Source of the DNA: Candidatus Bathyarchaeota archaeon
GTDB taxonomy: Archaea > Thermoproteota > Bathyarchaeia > Bathyarchaeales > Bathycorpusculaceae
DNA length: 64,000 nt
Reading direction: 5' to 3'
Assembly (NCBI GenBank): GCA_963806535.1
Contig: CAWDYC010000004.1
Location: 128,001-192,000, forward strand
Part shown: positions 30,741 through 40,975 of the stretch, piece by piece
Position numbering within the stretch: position 1 is the stretch's first letter
How the letters are laid out: each line of letters opens with the position of its first letter
The notes under the pieces: generated by a model
Told to the model about the DNA's origin: nothing
Databases searched by the model: none
Seen by the model: the letters and a program-made list of their open reading frames with translations, nothing else
Program-made: the position numbers and the translations under genes

Positions 30741-32164
30741 GCTTTTTCTTTATGCCATCGAATACCCTGTGTTGTGTCCTCAAGCACAATGCCCAGTGCT
30801 TTAAGCTGTGCTCTTATCTCGTCGGCTTCTTTCCAATTCTTTGCTTTTCGGGCTTGCTCACGCTTTTGCACTAACATGTCAATGTCTGCAGGCAAGGCTT
30901 CTTCAACTTCAACCCTTCCAATAACCCCTAAAACCTCGTCGATAAGCATCATTAAACCACCAACTTGCGACGCTTCAGTTTTGCTGATCATATTTGCATC
31001 AAGCAGGTTGTTTATTTCTCGAACAAAATCAAACAGTGATGCCAAAGCAGTGCCAATGTCTAAGTCGTCATCCATTGAACCGCCAAAACACGCCTGAAGT
31101 TTCTCAGTTAAAACGGCAACTTTTCCCTTACTATCTTTACCCAATTCAACATCATGCAAGCGCCGAACAAAATTCCGAAGCCTCTCCACCGCGCCCCTAG
31201 AAGATTCCAACCCTTCAAAAGTGAAATTGAACTGCTGCCGATAATGCGTAGACATAAGCAAGTACCTTATTGCAATCGGATCGTAGCCTTTTACTAAAAG
31301 GTCACGTAACGTGAAGAAGTTTCCGAGGCGCTTAGCCATTTTTTTGCCTTCAACAAGCAAATGCTCATTATGCAACCAATAATCAACAAACTTCTTACCC
31401 GTCGCCGCCTCACTTTGCGCAATCTCGTTCTCGTGATGAGGGAACATGTTGTCGACTCCGCCGCAATGAATGTCAAAGGTTTCGCCAAGATACTTCATGC
31501 TCATAGCGCTACACTCGATGTGCCAACCAGGTCTACCCTTGCCAAGCTCAGTCTCCCAAAACACATCACCATCTTCTGGCGTCCAAGCCTTCCATAAAGC
31601 AAAATCCTGTGCTTCTTCTTTAGCGTATTCGTCTTGGCTAACTCTGGCTCCCGTCTTCAACTCACCACTTTTGATTTTTGAAAGTTTGCCATAATCTGGG
31701 AATTTACATATGGCGTAGTAGATTGAGCCGTCTTCACCCCTGTAAGCATAGCCCTTATCCATTAAGGTCTTGATTAAAGCAACCATCTCGGGAATGAGGT
31801 CAGTGGCTCGCGGGTAAACATTCGCTGGCACTATATTCAAGGCTTTGATATCTTCAAAGAACGCTTTCACATAAAAATCGGTGAATTGCCTAAGCGGTAT
31901 CTGCTGCTTCTGACTGCCCTTAATAGTTTTATCATCAATATCAGTTAAGTTCATGACATGGTTAACTTTAAAGCCTCGGTGAACAAGCCAACGTTTAAGC
32001 AAATCCTCAAACAAAAAAGCCCTAAAATTGCCGATATGAGCGTAATCGTAAACAGTTGGGCCGCATGTGTACATTTTCACTTTTTCGTCTTCCAACGGCT
32101 TAAAAGCTTCTTTTTTTCGCGTTAATGTGTTAAAAAATTTAATATTTGATTGCGTGTTGGTCAT
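30737..32164 (-). CDS. cysS: cysteine--tRNA ligase
   Basis: [31 protein letters not shown] (KMSKS variant). Confidence 0.97.
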   Translation of the reverse strand: MTNTQSNIKFFNTLTRKKEAFKPLEDEKVKMYTCGPTVYDYAHIGNFRAFLFEDLLKRWLVHRGFKVNHVMNLTDIDDKTIKGSQKQQIPLRQFTDFYVKAFFEDIKALNIVPANVYPRATDLIPEMVALIKTLMDKGYAYRGEDGSIYYAICKFPDYGKLSKIKSGELKTGARVSQDEYAKEEAQDFALWKAWTPEDGDVFWETELGKGRPGWHIECSAMSMKYLGETFDIHCGGVDNMFPHHENEIAQSEAATGKKFVDYWLHNEHLLVEGKKMAKRLGNFFTLRDLLVKGYDPIAIRYLLMSTHYRQQFNFTFEGLESSRGAVERLRNFVRRLHDVELGKDSKGKVAVLTEKLQACFGGSMDDDLDIGTALASLFDFVREINNLLDANMISKTEASQVGGLMMLIDEVLGVIGRVEVEEALPADIDMLVQKREQARKAKNWKEADEIRAQLKALGIVLEDTTQGIRWHKEKA

Positions 32165-32565
32165 TATTTAGCCTGAAGAAAATACAAGAGCGAAATTATT
32201 TAAGCATTCCACCATTTCCATTTCGCTTAATTGCAGCAACCTTCAGAACTGCAAGAAATATGAAAAAGCGAGTCTCTAAGTAAAAAACATAAACAATAAA
32301 AACAACGAAAGACGTATTATTAGTAGGCAAAGGCAAACAAAATCATTGACGAAAAATTGGGTAACTTTAATTTAAACAAACGGAACCCAACCAAATGCGC
32401 TCCTTAAATTTCGTCGAAGATCAGAAGAAATGGATGAGCAACTGTTTCTAAAGTTAGGAGCCGAGGGTTCAAATCAAAACTCGCGCCATAGTCACCCCCA
32501 CCAATTAAACCAATAAACTCGTAATAATTTGCTTTTGTCAATCTATGGAAATGGTGGAGTAAAAA

Positions 32566-32931
32566 ATGGCGAAAAAACCTCATGTATCTTCAATGTTTAG
32601 GAGAGCAGTATCAAATATATTTGTGGAACCAGCAACAACAAAATATCCATTTTCGAAACCCAAAGTGGCCGATGGTTTTCGAGGTCAACCAATATTTGAT
32701 TCTAAGCTTTGTGTCGGCTGCGGCTTATGCAGAAAAGATTGCCCAGCGAACGCAATAGAAATGGTTATGGTCAACGGAAAAAAATATCCTCAAGTGAATT
32801 TGGGTAGATGTATATTTTGCTATACATGCGCAGAAGGCTGCCCCAAAAAAGCTATTACGTGTTCAGACTTCTTTGAGTTAGCGACAACTGATAAATCCTC
32901 ATTGATTATGAAGCCTCTGCTGGTTGTTTAG
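32566..32931 (+). CDS. NuoI/EchF-like 2x[4Fe-4S] protein
   Basis: ATTKYP...GFRG, two CxxCxxCxxxCP motifs. Confidence 0.85.
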   Translation: MAKKPHVSSMFRRAVSNIFVEPATTKYPFSKPKVADGFRGQPIFDSKLCVGCGLCRKDCPANAIEMVMVNGKKYPQVNLGRCIFCYTCAEGCPKKAITCSDFFELATTDKSSLIMKPLLVV

Positions 32932-33018
32932 AAGAAGCTCAAGTGGCTAACTGCTCAATTTAACTCCTTTTTTTATAATTAATCAGGCGGTCCTATCTGT
33001 GAATCTCTTTGATACCCA

Positions 33019-34308
33019 TTATTTTTCCATTATTAAGCCTTTAAGATAAGTCGCAGAAGCCTCTACAACTTTAACTTTCAAGGTTTTTCCCAGAAGATTA
33101 TCAGACCTTTTTACCACAACCGGTTTGTAAGCAAAGTTGCGTCCAACCCATGAGCCGTCCACCTTGCCCTTCTCGTCAAACAGCACTTCACCAATCCATC
33201 CGACCCAAAGCTGATTCCGCTCCGAAGAAATTCGCCTAACCAACTCTGCGGCTACACTGCTTCTCCGCTTAATTTCCTCGCGATCAACTAAACCATTTTT
33301 AATCTTCGCCGCAGCGGTTTTGGGTCGAGTAAAAAACTTTGAAACATTGGTAACATCAGGCTTAACTTCTTCCAAGAGTTTGAGCGTGTTTTCAAAGGCT
33401 TGGTCTGTTTCGCCTGGAAATCCCACGATTACATCGGTAGCAAGTGTCAAGTTAGGAAACTCCGCCCTGAATGCGTCCACAATGCTCTTGAATTGTTGAG
33501 TAGTGTAAAACCTGTACATACGCTTCAAAGTTTCGTCATCGCCGCTTTGCACCGGTAAATGCAAAAATTTGAAAATTTTATCGTTCTTAAAAGCGTTAAT
33601 CAGCTTATCCTGCATGTCAGTTACCATGTTTGGCGTCATCATACCAACCCGGACTTTGAAATCGCCAGGTAGATCGCCCAGCGCTACAAGCAGCTCTGCG
33701 AGGTTAGATTGAATTTCTCTTCCATAACAGGCTGTGTCTTGAGAAGTTATCCAAAACTCTTTGGTGCCCGATACAAAATCACTCTGCACTCGCTTTGATA
33801 CTTCATTTATGCTGTAGCTTCGTAGATGTCCTCGGGCAAAAACAACACAACAGTATGCACAGGACCCAAGACATCCGTAATTCACTGGAACTACGCTGAT
33901 AATCGGGTTAGTCTTTACTCTTGGAAGATCTAGATGTGGTTTACAATTTAGGCTAGATAATTCCACAACTCTCTCGCCAGCATAAACGCGGGAAACAATG
34001 TCTATGATTCCGCTGCCTACCGATGGACCGACTGCGCCGTCAAAACACACTTCCCGGGTTAGCCGTTCAAAACTAATTATAGGCAGACAACCTGCTACGA
34101 TGAGTTTCTTGCCTTTTGGAGCATGTTTCATAGCGTTGATTATGCGGTTTTCTGTTGGGCCTTTAACTGCGCATGTGTTATAGATTAACACGTCAGCGTC
34201 TGATTCTGAATCTGCAAGTTTGAAGCCAGCTTGGGCTAGGCATCCTGCCAGGACTTCGCTGTCTGCTATATTGGCTGAGCATCCGAAGTTTCTAATGAAA
34301 ATCTGCAA
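33019..34308 (-). CDS. mtaB: tRNA t6A37 methylthiotransferase (MtaB/CDKAL1 type)
   Basis: GCSAN, NTCAVK, GCLGSCAYC, HLPVQSG, C-terminal TRAM. Confidence 0.9.
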   Translation of the reverse strand: MQIFIRNFGCSANIADSEVLAGCLAQAGFKLADSESDADVLIYNTCAVKGPTENRIINAMKHAPKGKKLIVAGCLPIISFERLTREVCFDGAVGPSVGSGIIDIVSRVYAGERVVELSSLNCKPHLDLPRVKTNPIISVVPVNYGCLGSCAYCCVVFARGHLRSYSINEVSKRVQSDFVSGTKEFWITSQDTACYGREIQSNLAELLVALGDLPGDFKVRVGMMTPNMVTDMQDKLINAFKNDKIFKFLHLPVQSGDDETLKRMYRFYTTQQFKSIVDAFRAEFPNLTLATDVIVGFPGETDQAFENTLKLLEEVKPDVTNVSKFFTRPKTAAAKIKNGLVDREEIKRRSSVAAELVRRISSERNQLWVGWIGEVLFDEKGKVDGSWVGRNFAYKPVVVKRSDNLLGKTLKVKVVEASATYLKGLIMEK

Positions 34309-34452
34309 AGCCCATGAATCACCGGTTTGTAAGAAGCTTCAACAAGAGATAAAAACTTAAAGGTTCCTTAGCGAAAATTGACAAAAACCTGCAACGATGT
34401 TCATTAAAGGCTTATATGCTAAGGTATGAACATGTTATAAGCATATTTGTAG

Positions 34453-34478
34453 CATATTATATAGGTGTATATAATATG
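34453..34478. promoter_or_regulatory. perfect 11-bp inverted repeat, probable operator
   Basis: CATATTATATA-ggtg-TATATAATATG ~45 nt upstream of the RHH gene. Confidence 0.6.
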
Positions 34479-34522
34479 AGAACTTGTTTAATTATTCAAT
34501 CACAAATTAGGAGCGATAACTC

Positions 34523-34678
34523 TTGAAGATGATTACTCTGTATTTACCTGAAACATATATAAAAGCTTTGGACCAGCTTGTCGACGAAAGGTTCTATCCG
34601 AACCGCGCCGAAGCAATCCGAGTCGCTGTTCGAGACTTGATCAGTGCAGAAGTTTGGAGGCGAAAAGGCGTTGACTAA
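34523..34678 (+). CDS. CdrS-like ribbon-helix-helix regulator (below ORF-track cutoff)
   Basis: MKMITLYLPETYIKALDQLVDERFYPNRAEAIRVAVRDLI; AGGAG RBS. Confidence 0.85.
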   Translation: MKMITLYLPETYIKALDQLVDERFYPNRAEAIRVAVRDLISAEVWRRKGVD

Positions 34679-34958
34679 ACATTTACATGAAGACACCCTA
34701 AAACCGCTAGGCATTGAAGACTTGAAGATTGAGGTTCTTCCAAAAACCATCGACCACTCAATGGTAATAGGCGGTGGGCAAATTGTCCGTAAACCTAAAA
34801 ACAAAATGAAAGTAAGGATGGTAAAATCTAAAATGCCCGTTAGAAAAACTAGCCGATTAGACAAAGCCACGAATCAACTATACGACCTTGAAGATGCTCA
34901 CGGACCTGAAAAACCATTAAACATCGACTTCGGGCTCTACCAAATGGAAGACTATTAG
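34671..34958 (+). CDS. 95-aa protein overlapping the RHH gene stop; possible FtsZ-tail remnant
   Basis: TTG start overlapping the RHH stop; ends LYDLEDAHGPEKPLNIDFGLYQMEDY. Confidence 0.6.
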   Translation: MTKHLHEDTLKPLGIEDLKIEVLPKTIDHSMVIGGGQIVRKPKNKMKVRMVKSKMPVRKTSRLDKATNQLYDLEDAHGPEKPLNIDFGLYQMEDY

Positions 34959-35036
34959 CAAACACCTTTCTTATTTTTTGTATCTTTTGGTATTTTTTAG
35001 TAAAGCTATTATTCTCAAAAAACTGTTTTTACCAGC

Positions 35037-35747
35037 ATGAGCAGTATCCTTGCACAAATAAGAAAAGAACTAAAAGCCAACACCGACCTTCAAACGCAAA
35101 AAAGTTTTCAACGTTTCTTTAAGGAACAAGTAAAGTATTACGGCGTTAAAACCCAAACAGTCGGTAAAATCGCAAAGAAATATTGGAAACAAGTAGAGAC
35201 GTTGAATAAACAAGAAATTTTTGCTCTTTGCGAAGAACTTTACCGTTCAGACTACACTGAAGAAGCGTTTGTTGTTGCTTTTTGGTTACCAAACTACATC
35301 TATCATCTAAAACCAAGCGACTTGACGGTTTTTAAAGGATGGATTGAACGGTACATAAACAACTGGGCTAAATGCGACGGTTTCTGCAACCATACAGTCG
35401 GCGACTTAATCCAAAAATACCCGGAAGTTTTAAACGAAACAAAACGCTGGGCGAAATCTGAGAATCGTTGGCTTAAACGGGCTGCGGCTGTTTCACTTAT
35501 TGTTCCCGCAAAAAAAGGTTGTTTCCTGCAAGACTCCCTCGAAATTTGTGACCAATTACTCACTGACGGCGACGATATGGTACAGAAAGGTTATGGGTGG
35601 TTACTCAAAGAAGAAAGCAGACTGCATCAAAAAGAAATCTTCAACTATATTGTGAAAAACAAAAAGGTCATGCCTCGAACCGCATTGAGATACGCCATTG
35701 AGTTAATGCCAAAGGACCTTAAGACAGAAGCAATGAAAAAAGACTAA
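35037..35747 (+). CDS. AlkD-family DNA alkylation repair protein
   Basis: YGVK, INNWAKCD, WLKRAA, DMVQKGYGWLLKE, RTALRYAIE. Confidence 0.9.
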   Translation: MSSILAQIRKELKANTDLQTQKSFQRFFKEQVKYYGVKTQTVGKIAKKYWKQVETLNKQEIFALCEELYRSDYTEEAFVVAFWLPNYIYHLKPSDLTVFKGWIERYINNWAKCDGFCNHTVGDLIQKYPEVLNETKRWAKSENRWLKRAAAVSLIVPAKKGCFLQDSLEICDQLLTDGDDMVQKGYGWLLKEESRLHQKEIFNYIVKNKKVMPRTALRYAIELMPKDLKTEAMKKD

Positions 35748-35757
35748 ATTTTCCTAT

Positions 35758-36888
35758 TTATATTTTCGATGGTCCAGTTGTCCAGCCTGGAGCAACCTTT
35801 TTGCGCAAAATAATCACTTGAATGTGTCCAATAATTATTATTGCCATCCAAATTGTTGAATAGAAAAAGTAGTAAACGAAGAATTCATGAATTTTCATTT
35901 CGCGGAATCCCAATTTTCGCGAGAAAGCGTAAAAAACGCCTGCAGTTATGGCGAAGCCTGATAGAGAAATTACTAAGATTTTTATCATGTCTGCAGTTCC
36001 TAGTGAAACAAGAAAAATTGGTAACATGATGTTGAATTTAACTGATAGAAACAGTGAAAAAACAAGCAGTGAATTATACATCCAAAGGCTTGGAACTAAT
36101 GCGGTTATGAAGAAAATTGCGACTGAAGGATAAAGGAAGAACAAGCCTGGCAGGAAAACTTGCGGTTTCTTCACAAATTTCTTTGCTAAAGTGCGATACC
36201 AACAAACTAGCCATGAGGCTTGTCCTATTGCCCATCTTCTACGTTGAGTAAGCCATTTTCCCCAGTCAGAGTAAACAACGTTTTTTACTTCAACGTCGGA
36301 TGAATAAGCGAAACTACTATCTTCCAAGAAAGCTCTTGTTGCTAAATCAATGTCTTCGGCAATAACTCTGTGAAAGCCTCCGACTTTCTCAAAAGTTTCT
36401 CGTTTAATCGCAAATGCTGCGCCGTTTACTGCTGGACATTTGTGAAGGTATTTTGACGATAACCAGGCGCTAACGTTATAGGTGAAGTATTCATAATAAG
36501 CCATTTTAGATAGGAGCGATTTTCCTTTTATTACTCTCTTTTTTATGTCAACAATATCTGCAGTGTGCGTTTCCATAATTATTTTTCTCAAAAAATCTGG
36601 GTCGCCACTAATTTGTACATCAGAATCAAGAAAAAGTAACACTTGACTTGATGATAATTTTACTGTGCTGTTTACTGCGTTTGCTTTGCCGATGCGTTCT
36701 TTATTCACTATGAATTTAACGTTCTCGTTCTCGAGACTTTTAATTTTTTGCGAAAATTCTTCAGTTGGCGCGTCAACTGTTACGAAGATTTCTTTTGCAA
36801 CATTTTGGGAATTTAGCTCATTCAGCATGCTTGCTAGTTGATTTGATTCCCTGTAGACCGGGATAAAGATGCTAACGTCTACTGTCAA
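35758..36888 (-). CDS. GT2 glycosyltransferase with C-terminal TMs
   Basis: IPVY, GKANA, DSD, AED, QRRRW. Confidence 0.9.
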   Translation of the reverse strand: MTVDVSIFIPVYRESNQLASMLNELNSQNVAKEIFVTVDAPTEEFSQKIKSLENENVKFIVNKERIGKANAVNSTVKLSSSQVLLFLDSDVQISGDPDFLRKIIMETHTADIVDIKKRVIKGKSLLSKMAYYEYFTYNVSAWLSSKYLHKCPAVNGAAFAIKRETFEKVGGFHRVIAEDIDLATRAFLEDSSFAYSSDVEVKNVVYSDWGKWLTQRRRWAIGQASWLVCWYRTLAKKFVKKPQVFLPGLFFLYPSVAIFFITALVPSLWMYNSLLVFSLFLSVKFNIMLPIFLVSLGTADMIKILVISLSGFAITAGVFYAFSRKLGFREMKIHEFFVYYFFYSTIWMAIIIIGHIQVIILRKKVAPGWTTGPSKI

Positions 36889-37065
36889 ACCGCAATCCTC
36901 ATTAGTAAGTAATTATCAATATTAAATTTTCAAATGGGTTTTTAAATCATTCTAGAAAAAAGGGACAAATTAAGCTGCTTAATGTTGGAAAACTGGAGAA
37001 ATCAGCTTATTCCTCTAGCTTTATAGGAAAATTATTATTTATCGCAAAAGAATCCTTTTTGCGAT

Positions 37066-38070
37066 ATGACACACGCTAAGGCTATAAGTTTGCTTTCTGG
37101 CGGCTTAGACAGCATACTTGCAACAGAACTTATTCGTTCACAAGGAATTGAAGTAGTAGCCTTTAACGTTAAAACTCCCTTCTGCATCCCCAAAAAAGAC
37201 GGAACCAGCGAAGCAATCGAAGCCGCAAACCAACTTAAAATTCCATTAAAAGTTGTCAATGTTGGAAAAGATTATTTGCAAATGCTCAGAAACCCAAAGT
37301 ATGGTTACGGCAAAAACATGAACCCCTGCATTGACTGCAAAATCTTCATGATAAGAAAAGCCAAAAAATATGCAAAAGAGATTGGGGCTGACTTTCTTTT
37401 CACAGGCGAAGTGCTTGGCGAAAGACCAAAATCGCAGCATGGACCTGCCTTGAAGATTATTGAGGAAGAGGCTGGTTTGAAGGGTAAACTTCTAAGACCT
37501 CTTTCAGCGAAACTGCTCCGTGAAACAAAAGCCGAAAGAAAAGGCTTAGTTGATAGAGCCAAATTATGCAATATTCAAGGACGCTCAAGAAAACCCCAGT
37601 TCCAACTTGCACGTGAATTCGGAATTAAAAGTTTTCCCGCACCGGCTGGCGGATGCTTGCTGACCTGTGAGGAATACGCAAAGAAGCTTAGAGACTTATT
37701 CTCCTAATAAGAAACGAATTTCAATGTCTGATGTCGCTTTGCTGAGAATTGGCAGACACTTTAGGTTGGGTAAAAACAAAATTATTGTTGGAAGAAACGA
37801 AGTCTGAAAACAAGCTTTTAACTGCTGGGAAAATACGTGGTGATTTCTATTTTGAGTTGCCCGATATTGTTGGTCCTACTAACAATTTTGCAGGGACCTA
37901 AAACAAAGAGTGCCATTGAGACCGCGGCGAAGTTAACTGCGTTTTATTCCGATGCGAAAGTCGCTGAGGTTAAGGTTAATTTTGGCAGAGAAGCTTTCAA
38001 CAAATCCCTTATGGTAGCCGTACCAGAAAAGGCTGAAGTGGATAGATTAAGAGTTGGCAACGTGAAGTAA
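37066..38070 (+). CDS. ThiI-like PP-loop tRNA thiolase (frameshifted)
   Basis: SGGLDS, NPCIDCK, TGEVLGERPKSQ, PAGGCLLT, GRHFRL...IVGRN. Confidence 0.85.
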
Positions 38071-38164
38071 ACTATCTCTTTAGATATTGTTAATTAAGAG
38101 AGAGTGGTTGTAAGGCAAAAACTTATCCATTAAACGTTACCTAATAGACAACTAGGGTAAGAAG

Positions 38165-38982
38165 TTGACTATTGAATCTAACAGAACTTTAGGTGGAGTA
38201 GGCTGCCATTTTAATGCTAATAGGCGTTGTCAGCCAAGCATCTACTGGCTTTTGGATACCTTTTTCCTCAATCAACTGGGGCCTTGATATTAGCCGGCAT
38301 AGGCGGTTTATTTGGGATTTTGTCTTTTGTTGGTTTTCTACTATTCTTAGTAGCAATGTATGGTTTCTCCAAAGACTACCAAGAGCACAGAATTTTCAGT
38401 TATTTGTTATACGGGATCATAATTACAATTGTAGCTGCTGTGATTCTTGTCGCAATTTTGGTTATAGTTATTTTGTTTAATGTTGCTACCCTTTTTCCAA
38501 ACTTAAGCTCCTCAGCTTCCTCGTCAACTCAAATATCTTCCGAAATGTCAAAAATCTTCAGTTTAATTTTTCCTTTGTTTAGCCTTGTTGGAATAATTTG
38601 GATAGCGTTTAATGTCAAGGCTTTCAATTTGCTATCAGATAAGTCCAATGTACCTCTGTTTAGAACTGGAGCTAAAGTGCTCATCGCCGGCGCATTAGTG
38701 AACATTGCAATTGCAATAATATTTGCTGTCGTTGGCTCTTATGTTGCAGTATCGCTTAACACTCTGCTAGCCCTTCTGATTATTGGAAGTTTGGTGCAGG
38801 ATGTTGCTTGGGTGCTTTTTGCAATGGCGTATTTCAGAATACAAGCGCCCGCTGTTCCAATACAAGCGGTGCCACCCGTTAGTAGTGCACCCGTTTCTGG
38901 ACAAGTGAAATTCTGCACTTACTGTGGAGCACCGAACCCAATGGATGCAACCTACTGCACTCGATGTGGACAAAAGCTATAG
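38165..38982 (+). CDS. DUF996-like membrane protein with C-terminal zinc ribbon (frameshift near start)
   Basis: MTIESNRTLGGVG start, multi-TM, FCTYCG...YCTRCG. Confidence 0.75.
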
Positions 38983-38988
38983 TCAAAT

Positions 38989-39303
38989 TTAGTAGTGCAG
39001 TTGCTTTTCTGGCGGAAACAGAAACTTGCGTCTGGTAAAGAACAATACTGTGAAAACGACAAAGAAAACGGCGCCTAAAACTAAATATATAATTCCGTCA
39101 GTGACCTCTTGACCAGCAGTCGTTTCACTAAAGTGAACATACGGATTCGTATGGTCGATAACAACGCCGGTTAACCCATCTGACAATCTCCAAGAACCAA
39201 TTATTAATAATGCCATTCCCCCAATAACCAGCAAGGCAACTGCTACAAGGCCCAAAGGAGTCGGACCCTTGTGAGAATGAGGGAAAGTTGACATGGACAT
39301 CAA
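38989..39303 (-). CDS. two-TM hypothetical protein
   Basis: ORF track. Confidence 0.55.
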   Translation of the reverse strand: MMSMSTFPHSHKGPTPLGLVAVALLVIGGMALLIIGSWRLSDGLTGVVIDHTNPYVHFSETTAGQEVTDGIIYLVLGAVFFVVFTVLFFTRRKFLFPPEKQLHY

Positions 39304-39421
39304 TTGCAGTTTTTAACTTATAAATTTAGCTCAGTCGAACGATTGGCTAAGATATAGCGATAAACGTAAGGCCAAAAGGGTAAAATTATATTTGTTAGTG
39401 TTTCATTATGATGCCCGATAA

Positions 39422-39499
39422 GGGCCCGTGGCGCAGTACGGATAGCGCGTCAGCCTTCTAAGCTGAAAGTCATGGGTTCAAATCCCATCGGGCCCGCCA
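39422..39499 (+). tRNA. tRNA-Arg(TCT), CCA encoded, no intron
   Basis: GGGCCCG/CGGGCCC acceptor, TCAGC-CTTCTAA-GCTGA anticodon arm, GGTTCAAATCC T-arm. Confidence 0.97.
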
Positions 39500-39689
39500 G
39501 AACCCTTTTCTCTTGAAAAGGCTTCACCGAAAACTCGGTGTTTTGGGTGTTGCGGTTGCTTAGTGCTTCTATACAGTCTTTTAACGTGTTTTCTGCGATT
39601 TTTGAGACATTTAAGCCGAGAGAATGCGCCTGATCATACACTGTTTTCGAAATATTCAAGGTAACTCTAACTTTGTCAGATTTAGACGT
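39450..39689 (-). pseudogene. N-terminal fragment of att-split (SSV-type) integrase with RHH/CcdA-like start
   Basis: KVRVTLNISKTVYDQAHSLGLNVSKIAENTL read into att peptide LAGPMGFEPMTFSLE; start codon appears as ACG. Confidence 0.6.
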
Positions 39690-40507
39690 ATTTATACACC
39701 CTTTTTGATTTTTTGATTCAAATGTGGATTGAGCATTAAGAAAATCTTAGGATTTTTGTGTTCGATCGCCACAGAAAAATAAAGAGGATCATTCGGGTTA
39801 GTTTCATCGATCCAGGTGTATGCTTTTCTGATCCACTCTGGTTCTTTTCCGTCAACGGCAATGCCGTTATCAGGATCTTTCATAAAATTCTCAATAAAGC
39901 GAAAAGCATTAAATTTCCCAAGCTGCGCGTCAGTAAAATTAATGTTTTCTGGATTAATCTCATAGACTTGTTTTCCGTTTTCGTCAATGATTTTGTTAGT
40001 TGAATTATAAGGTTGAAAGAATTGTACTGCTTCAGAGAATCTTAGACCGGTAATTGCTATAAAATCCATGAAAAGACAGTATTCAGGCCTTGCGTCTTTT
40101 ACCTCTAGGATCCACTGGAAGACGTCCTCTGGATTATCAGTTCTATTCAAACGGTCAATAATAATATCGTCAGCGCTTCTACCGGCCCAGGTTAAACCAT
40201 AATTCTTAATCAACTTAAGATAGCCTTCATAACAACCTAGAAACTTAGCTAAAGCGCTATAGAGACTGCAAGAACTTTTGACTGCATACTCTTAGGCAGC
40301 TGAGTGATTGTGAAAGATCGCTTGATAATAGACAACTTGAATACTTGAAAGCTGAATTGAAAACCTGAGACTCCCATCGAGAACTAAACTCTCTATTCTT
40401 AAGATATTTGCCAAAAGAAACCCAATCTATACCCTTTTCGCCTAAAGAACCTTTTAAATCGGCTTCTAAGCTGAAAGTCATGGGTTCAAATCCCATCGGG
40501 CCCGCCA
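39455..40507. mobile_element. collapsed integrated element bounded by 45-bp att repeats (tRNA-Arg 3' half)
   Basis: CTTCTAAGCTGAAAGTCATGGGTTCAAATCCCATCGGGCCCGCCA at 39455-39499 and 40463-40507. Confidence 0.9.
39692..40507 (-). pseudogene. C-terminal fragment of tyrosine integrase, truncated after the first catalytic Arg
   Basis: IDWVSFGKYL...SALAKFLG.Y...FIAITGLRFSEA; no HxxR or Tyr box visible afterwards. Confidence 0.72.
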
Positions 40508-40695
40508 ACGTTTCAAGATTGATTGAATTCGAATTAATTTTACTCTTCACTCACGATAGGTGAGAGTCACTTAAGTATCGTGTGATAAAAATAATGTTTG
40601 ATTGAGTGAGAACACTATGGATTCTTGCTCAAATCAGAAGATTGAAGAAAAGCAAAATTAATGTTGCTATAAATACAGCAGCATTTGGGAAGAAT

Positions 40696-40794
40696 AGGGG
40701 CTGAGAAGGCTCTAAATTAGATTCACAATATAACTATAGTTGAAGATTTTGCATTTTCTTCTCCTATAAAGTTTGCAGAGCCTCAGCATACCCT
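40696..40794 (+). ncRNA. BHB-motif structured RNA, copy 3
   Basis: AGGG/CCCT, GCTG/CAGC, AGA and ATA bulges, AGGCTCT/AGAGCCT; TATAAATA at ~40668-40675. Confidence 0.72.
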
Positions 40795-40975
40795 TAGATT
40801 TCTTATGATTTTGAATAGCTATTTTAGGTGAATTGCCTAATTATTTAAAAACAAGTTAAACGAACATTATTTAGAACCTCGCGAGAAATAGTGACTAATA
40901 ATTCGCTAGGCATCACAGCCGCATGTCTTAACTGGTGAGTTAAACACTACTGAAGCATAGGAGCCAAATGAAAAT

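Noticed and set aside
32455-32495. GAGGGTTCAAATC resembling a tRNA T-arm
   Set aside because: No complete T-stem, acceptor stem or anticodon arm; at most a decayed fragment
40257-40550. Track ORF start MKSKINSN... as the true integrase N-terminus
   Set aside because: It lies outside the att repeat; the in-frame partner is the fragment at 39455-39689
40545-40612. Branched hairpin next to the distal att site (CACGATA/TATCGTG, TCACTCA/TGAGTGA)
   Set aside because: Single 4-nt bulge, not BHB; no second copy to show covariation
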